Source of the DNA: Bigelowiella natans CCMP2755
Lineage: Eukaryota; Protista; Cercozoa
Reading direction: 5' to 3'
DNA: 64,000 nucleotides
Assembly (NCBI GenBank): GCA_000320545.1
Contig: ADNK01001892.1
Coordinates: 1-64,000 of the forward strand
Below are positions 57,400-64,000 of the stretch, piece by piece. Below the pieces are notes generated by a model. That model was not told the DNA's origin. It worked only from the letters and a program-made list of their open reading frames with translations, and made no database searches. Positions within the stretch are counted from its first letter, which is position 1; each line of letters starts with the position of its first letter. The translations under genes were made by a program, and so were the position numbers.

Positions 57400-58562
57400 C
57401 ATTCTATATGTGGAATACCAACAGTCTTCTTTCAGTTGTTTAAGAGCATTTTCCTGATTTTTAGGAATAATTACGTGGCGCACAGTTCAAATGCTGGGGA
57501 TTTGAAAGCAGATGTAAGTTGCAAGGTGATGATGCACAGAGGCACACACCTTAGTGAGCTAGAGCATTCTTGTAGCAAACGAAGGAAGATACACCACATA
57601 CCCCTATGCAAACAGTTAAAAGGCACGGCATTATTGTTCCATTGCGCATACTTCAATAATCAAAAAGGAGGCAGGGCAACCAGGGCAATCAATCCAAGAA
57701 TATTTCGTACAAAATCTCCATACTCGCAAAGGCAGGTGGCTTCAAGGTAGGAAGAGGATTTCAAAGCTCTCTTCAAACTTAGATTTAATTTCAATCTATA
57801 TTGTAACAGGTCTATGGGATGCTACACATCAATAGACGAGCAACAGGAGAGCTTGTACAGTGTGGAAGTTGTAGAAACGAAGGTAGAATGTGCATAAATC
57901 TCAAATGATGTGCAAACGTAACAAATAAGCCATTTTCGTAATAGGCAACGTCCCAGGTCAAACGCCCCTCAATACTAAGGAATGGCAGATTTTCTTCTCA
58001 GTATCGTCCACATGCTGATTCAACCTTTCATGGCCAGCTGAGGAAATCATGTTATCATTTCTATGATCCACCATTTAGCAATGAGGCTGGCACTCATCTT
58101 GCTCCCAGGAGCACAATATCTATTAGCCCAGGATCTAGTGATGACATCGGGGACGAATTTGCGACCTTAGGAGCCGTGGATGCCCATGTTTATGTTAATC
58201 CTATTGCATCTCAGAACGTATCATTACGCACTACCACAAGCATCCTAAACAACAGCAACAGCGGCAAGTGTTCTGAACATAGCAGCTGTGGCTCCACCAC
58301 CAAATATACTGGAAGGAGTAGCTTCTGCCGCCGCAGCCGTCATGACCCTTTCTTATTGTATCCTAGTAGCAAAGAGATTTTAGGAAGTACTGCCAATGTA
58401 GTAACTTCCACAAATATTAGGAAGCGTAACCATGTTACATTCAGTCACGACTCGCTTATTCACTCAAAAGAAAGCAAAAATAGGAGAGCGAGTGAACTAG
58501 AAGGAGTCCTCCGAGACTTATTTAGGGGGCCGGATTCTTCATCCAATTCTAATTTGAATTAA
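57400..58562 (+). CDS. Hypothetical multi-exon protein, function unknown
   Basis: Short open segments bounded by plausible GT/AG sites (NNYVAHSSNAGDLKAD; LKGTALLFHCAYF...QVASR; SMGCYTSIDEQQESLYSVEVVETK) and a terminal Ser-rich ORF ending at 58562. Start not identified. Confidence 0.4.
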
Positions 58563-58999
58563 GGTGTTCTCAAAACTAGTATAACAAGAAAGGTCCCGAA
58601 AAAAGAATACTATGAAGGATGCACCCTGAAAGCGGCTCAATAAAACTAACAGTACAAGGGAGAAAAGGAAGTAACAATATAAGGGAGAAAAGATGCATAA
58701 GATTTACCCTATATCAAGAGCAGATATCTTTAAGGCTATTCATTTAATGATAGTAATTCGAGCAACAAATCAGAATAGCATATAATTCATCACTAATTGT
58801 TTGTCTTTTGTTCATATTTCATTATTTTGTATTTATTTATTTCTTCTACTATTTTTATCTTTAATTTCAAACAATTATAAATTTTATGTGTTAACATGTA
58901 TCATGGTTATGAATATCCTGTTGAGTAGAACAAGTCCACTCAGAATGGTTGATTTCATGAATCAGTAATACGAGAAGAGTGGAAAAACTTTTTATGGCG

Positions 59000-59774
59000 C
59001 ATGCAACAACATTCCGAGGTGTGCCATGAGATCACAAAAGTAGTTCAAACACCTGTCTTCCACCAATGTGGTGTCATCAGAGGTTTGTGTCTTTTTGAAA
59101 GGCAGTGAAAAATTTCGAGTCCTTGTGAGTGATTCAATTCCCAGTGGGCAAATGATTGATGAGTTTGCAATCATGTCATCATCGAAATATCATTGCCTCA
59201 TTTGGATTGCACCCTAATGTCCACAGTACAAGATGTTGAGCTAGCTCTCGGCGCAAACTTGCTGCATCTGGAGGTGTGTGCATCAGCGCAACAAACTGTG
59301 GAGTGCATGAGCTAATGGACATCTGATCCATGATGACTGACCGCAACGTAGCAATGCAAGCGAGTGATGGGATGAATCGCAAGCATGCCTCGAACAACTC
59401 AGATCTGGACGTCTTCATCTGAGTTTGATCCATGCTTCTAGCTAGCTAGCTAGCTAGCTCTGGAGCTAGGCTTCGCTAGTTCGATGTGGATGTGCGTTTG
59501 CAGACGTCGTACATGCCGTGCACGTGGTCAACACAAGAACAGTCCTGACAAATCACATGGCTAGACAGGCTAGCAGGCGCACAACCAACTAGCTAGCTAG
59601 CTGTTGGATGTCCAGCTAGCCAGGTGCAGCTGTGGACACCGCCTCTGAACCGGAACATGGCCAGTCAACGTGGACGCTGCACGCGTTGCAGCAATTTGTG
59701 TTCATTGAGTCCATTGCAATCAAATTGCCATGGGTCTCCATTGTTGCTCGTGCCACTGTGTTGCCATGCATGAA

Positions 59775-59808
<34 letters not shown>

Positions 59809-60560
59809 GATGTGATCGCCAGCTCCAGCTTGTCGGCTTGACTGGAAGAGGCCAGCAGTGATTGCAGGAGCAGGCACACCAGCACAACTTGTCAGCTCTG
59901 AGCTAGCTGACTGGACGAGCGCCACACAATTCACTTCACAGCTCTCGTGATCTGTTGACAGGCTCGTCTCTTGGTTCGTTTGGCCAAGAGCTGTGTGCCA
60001 GCGCTCACGTTGCCCACAAGGATGCAATGCTGCGCTCAGGTCAGCAACCACGCGTCTGCTTCTGGCTGCACTGCTGAACTGGTGCAAGCAGCGTCGCTGT
60101 CAAGAAAGTGGCACACACACACACACCAACGCCCAGAACGGCAGCGCAGGCTGGCAGGTGTTGTCTGCATGGCTGCCAGGCTGGCTGGCTAGCTGTGTGG
60201 CTCTGGAGCTGGCCTTGCCCAGGTGCTGACAAAGCAAGAGTTCAAAGATTCAAGTTTTGTGTTCATTTCTACGATGAAAATGGTCGCGTGAAATGAGATT
60301 GTCGCAGGGCAAAAATGCAGGAGAAAGAGTTTAGTTTGTGCCTTCGTCCTGCGTGTAGCACATCTCATTTTGTCACAATCACAATTGAAAAGGGGGTTCG
60401 CATTTTGATGTCGTTGCTCTGAAATGGCATCCTCTCCTGTACACTAGAAAGTACTTCCAACCAGGGAAAAAAGTCACAGCGGTGTCATCCTTTCCCCCCT
60501 GATGTGAGATGCGATCCAATTAAATGATGTAGGAGCATTGGGCATAACACAACGAATACA
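59000..60560. other. TpA-depleted island 4 (with GCTA-type repeats)
   Basis: Core 59512-60269 has 8 TA, all in CTAG. (GCTA)n tracts occur alongside GCTG/GCCA variants. Confidence 0.88.
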
Positions 60561-60629
60561 AAAATTTGCAGACTGTGTAAGTTGTCAATGAACAATAACG
60601 ATACAATTTTTTCATTTTGTAGTTTCTTA

Positions 60630-61634
60630 ATGGGCAATAAAATCCTAAAAAAGACGGACTTTGATGGTAGATACTCTACTCATGAAGTCCTTGGAAGAGG
60701 TTCGTTTGCTACTGTAAAGCGGGCAGTGCGAAAGAAGGACAAAAAAGAATTGGCTGTAAAAATCATAAAGAAAACGAAGCTAAAACAAGAAGAACTTAAG
60801 ATTGTCCACGATGAGGTGAAGATAATGAATAGAATTTATCATCCTAATTGTGTAAAATTAGAAGAAATATTCGAGACTAACAAAAAGCTTTACCTCGTCA
60901 TGGAGATTCTGAGTGGCGGAGAGCTCTTCGATCGCATTGTTGCTAAGGGCAGTTTTTCCGAAAAGGAAGCCTCCGGAGTCACCAAAGCTGTAGCTTTAGC
61001 ATTGAAATACCTACATAACATTGGAGTAGTTCACAGGGACTTGAAACCTGAAAATCTCATATACGCCAACCATAGAAATGACTCCCAGATTAAAATTACG
61101 GATTTTGGATTGGCAAAGTTGAAGCCAAATGGATCCTCTATGAACACGGCATGCGGAACGCCTGGATACGTTGCACCAGAGGTCTTACGAAAACAAAAAT
61201 ACACTGAAGCTGTTGATGTGTGGAGTCTAGGTGTCATTCTCTATATTTTATTGTGTGGATTTCCGCCCTTCTATCACGAAAATACCGGTGCCTTGTACAA
61301 GCAAATAAAGTCTGGTGACTACGATTTTCCGGATCCATATTGGAAAGATATCACTGATTCTGCGAAAGATTTGATAAAAAAAATGCTGACTGTGGATCCA
61401 AAATCACGAATCACAATTCAAAACGTACTAGCTCATCCCTGGATCAGTGGAGATGCTGCTTCAACAAGGCGTTTAGGAGCAGAGCACTCAATACAACTAA
61501 GAAAGCTCCAAGCCCGGCGAACCCTTCGTAGAGTCGTTCAGCATGTGATTGCCGTCAACATTTTCTCAAAATGCCTTGAGAACTCAACAAGTGAATCATC
61601 TTCTTCAAAGGACAAAATAATGGATGAAAGTTAA
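60630..61634 (+). CDS. Ser/Thr protein kinase, CaMK (CaMKI/MLCK-A-like) family; uninterrupted CDS of about 334 aa
   Basis: GRGSFATV, AVKII, HRDLKPEN, DFGLAK, CGTPGYVAPE, DVWSLGVILYILLCGFPPFY and HPWI motifs, plus a basic C-terminal regulatory helix. Likely start MGNK at ATG 60630, preceded by a short GTAAGT...TTGTAG intron (~60577-60622). Confidence 0.95.
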   Translation: MGNKILKKTDFDGRYSTHEVLGRGSFATVKRAVRKKDKKELAVKIIKKTKLKQEELKIVHDEVKIMNRIYHPNCVKLEEIFETNKKLYLVMEILSGGELFDRIVAKGSFSEKEASGVTKAVALALKYLHNIGVVHRDLKPENLIYANHRNDSQIKITDFGLAKLKPNGSSMNTACGTPGYVAPEVLRKQKYTEAVDVWSLGVILYILLCGFPPFYHENTGALYKQIKSGDYDFPDPYWKDITDSAKDLIKKMLTVDPKSRITIQNVLAHPWISGDAASTRRLGAEHSIQLRKLQARRTLRRVVQHVIAVNIFSKCLENSTSESSSSKDKIMDES

Positions 61635-61885
61635 CTAAACAAAATAATGGATGAAAGTTAACTAAATAGAATGATGATTAGCTTTGTAAGGAATATGGTC
61701 AATTGGACATGCAGTCAACTTAAATTGTGTCGACATTTCAAAAAAGGTCATTCCAGAAGCTCTATTTTTCAGGATGAGTACGACTCTATTGGTGGAAAAA
61801 TTGCTACTAATTTTTCAATTAATCTTTCTTTTGCATGCTTTGCAAGATGAAGGTCCTGCTTCGAAGAAAGGTTTTGAGTCACATA

Positions 61886-62590
61886 TTTTGAACGCACTGG
61901 TCTTGAGCATGCAACAACATCAAGAACATCATCGACCTAGCAACCAATGCACTGAAAGCACTAGTGCAATCCTTGGCGCAACTATCTTGTTCCGAAAACG
62001 TGCCAGCAGGGCCTTCAGGTCCCTGGCTTGAGTGAAGTCCTTTTCTGTCCAATGAAGGCATGATAGCATGTGCTAGTGTGTGAATCAACCAGGCCACATT
62101 TGCCTCAAATTTCACGTGCAGCACAAAGCAGCGCGCATTTGAACAGAACATGCTAGCATGTCTAGATGTGTGCGTGATGACTCACTTGCTAGCTTGCTCT
62201 AGTGCTAGCTTGGTGCATCTAACTAGCTAGGCATGTGAGGACATGAAAAGCACACCTGTCTAGCTGTGCCTACTTTGTTGTGCTTGTCAACTACAGACAT
62301 GCACATGTGTTCTTGCGCGCACACGCTAGCACGCGCCAGCTAGCTAGCTAGCCAGAGCCCTCAGGTCCCTATCACATCACTTGAACACACGCATGTGCAC
62401 GTGGCAATCAATCTAGCAATGTCCGCTAGTCCGCATCAACCATCAACGTCTAGAACGTGCTAACAGCGTGCATGCAGAGCGTTTGCTAGTTTGGCAAGCC
62501 TGCACAATCTAGCAATGTGGACGGTGCCTTTGTAGCTAGGTAGACACTCATCGCCCAACTGACACTTTGAATTCAACACATGCTAGCATG
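61886..62590. other. TpA-depleted island 5
   Basis: About 30 surviving TA, every one within CTA and/or TAG (mostly CTAG). TG/CA-rich. Confidence 0.85.
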
Positions 62591-62730
62591 CTTATTTTGT
62601 CACAAAGCAGTTCGTTGTGTTCAAAATGCTTTTGTCGCACAAACTTACGTGGAAGTACATGGAGATTGCTAACACCAAAATGCTACAACGATGGGCGTTC
62701 ATTGATCATTCACATCATTGTTGTTCATTG

Positions 62731-63115
62731 TCATTGGTCTGAGATGAGAGAATTCCAAGCATCTTCAAATGCTTGGGTTTCAGCGCGGTTATCATTAGAT
62801 GCTTCCTTCTCTCGAGAAAAGGGTGACCTTGATGATGATTGTGACAAAATCATATTTTTTCCATAGTCATCATCTTTCTCCGAGTTGCGGTTGATTCGCT
62901 CATAACTTCCATACGTATTCCTTTGGAACTGAGAACTCTTTGTTTCCTGCAGTAACTGATCCATGTTTTTGGTGTACTGACGATGATGCTTAAAAGCTTG
63001 TTGGTACACCTTCTTCTTTTTTGTCGAGTCTTTAGAGATTGCTTCTTGTAATTGATCCTCGCCAGTCGATTTTTCAATTAAATTTGCAACGCGTTCCAAC
63101 AGAAAGTCAGTGCCC

Positions 63116-63155
<40 letters not shown>

Positions 63156-63156
63156 T

Positions 63157-63195
<39 letters not shown>

Positions 63196-63925
63196 AATGC
63201 AATTTTGTTCGAGATGTAAATTTTTTAAGTCTTGCTGATAGATGGAAAATGGGAAACATCCCAATATCCAACTAGTATAAGCTTTAGTTTATATGACAAT
63301 ATGAAAGGTGTGAGTGACTAAAGTCAAGGACTATGATCATTGGGAAGACGATAGCATCATCAAGGTGTCAAATCATTGCTCGGTCTTCATTGAGTATACC
63401 CTATCAAGATGATCTTGCTTATCAGGCGGTGAAGGAAGGCATTTCGTGAATGCAACCGTCTTGATACCATAGCAATCATAGCAGCAACAGAAAAAAATAT
63501 AGCATATATGTGATGATTTTCAACATAAAGACCAGCAGCTGGTAATAACATCGTTCCACATTTTAGTAGCTTAATGTTTTACGTATCACTCGTTTTTACT
63601 CTATTGACCAATATCCTATTTGTTATGGTTGGTAAACCAGCTTCTAATATAGCTCAAGTGTTGTCATTCATTCGTATATATATTGTAGCTTTCGTCTTTT
63701 ATTATAATTAATATTCTTATCACCTCTCTTTCTTCCAGTGCCTTGTTCATAATTTTCGTATCTGTAAGACTAGCAGACTTCCATAATCCTGTGTATTGCA
63801 TGAGGATATAGTTTAAGTGATCCGGTCAGTCATGCTCTACACGCCCTAGTTTTGGTATTCGATAACTTGCACCTGTACGAAATGCGAGCTCAGACTCACG
63901 TTCTTCACGTTCATACTTCCTGTTG
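62731..63925 (-). CDS. 3' part of a hypothetical multi-exon gene, probably continuing beyond the window
   Basis: Terminal charged ORF 62731-63099 (...EDAWNSLISDQ*) and upstream exon-like segments KYEREERESELAFRT / GLWKSASLTDTKIMNKALEERE bounded by GT/AG. Confidence 0.45.
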
Positions 63926-64000
63926 GAAAAAATAAAGTCTTTATTAAAAGTAGCTTTGACTTTGCGTTTCCATGATACATACTTGATACGTGTACTACAA

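Overview
Eukaryotic (protist-like) chromosome end. It is AT-rich, intron-dense and saturated with microsatellites, and it opens with a (CCCTAA)n telomeric array. By splicing exons by eye I can support five recognisable genes: WDR7/rabconnectin-3beta-like (-, about 21 kb, stop about 620 bp from the telomere), an ALDH22/MSC7-type aldehyde dehydrogenase (-), dolichol kinase (+), a class C-type 7TM receptor with an OpuAC-like binding domain (-), and a CaMK-family kinase with an uninterrupted CDS (+). Two further genes are of unknown function. The most striking feature is non-genic. Five mostly intergenic or subtelomeric islands have had the TpA dinucleotide almost completely erased, with runs of more than 1.1 kb containing no TA. 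They are rich in TG/CA and keep CpG. The TAs that survive are almost only in CTAG, or at island margins in CTA/TAG half-sites. Two islands share repeat sequence, and one paralogous site shows TA in the less affected copy versus TG in the island core. I infer a repeat-associated TpA->TpG/CpA (A:T->G:C) hypermutation process, the mirror image of fungal RIP. Most ORF-track entries are artefacts of microsatellites or of the loss of TAA/TAG stops in these islands. All counts are by eye and gene boundaries are approximate. The taxon cannot be established from the sequence.
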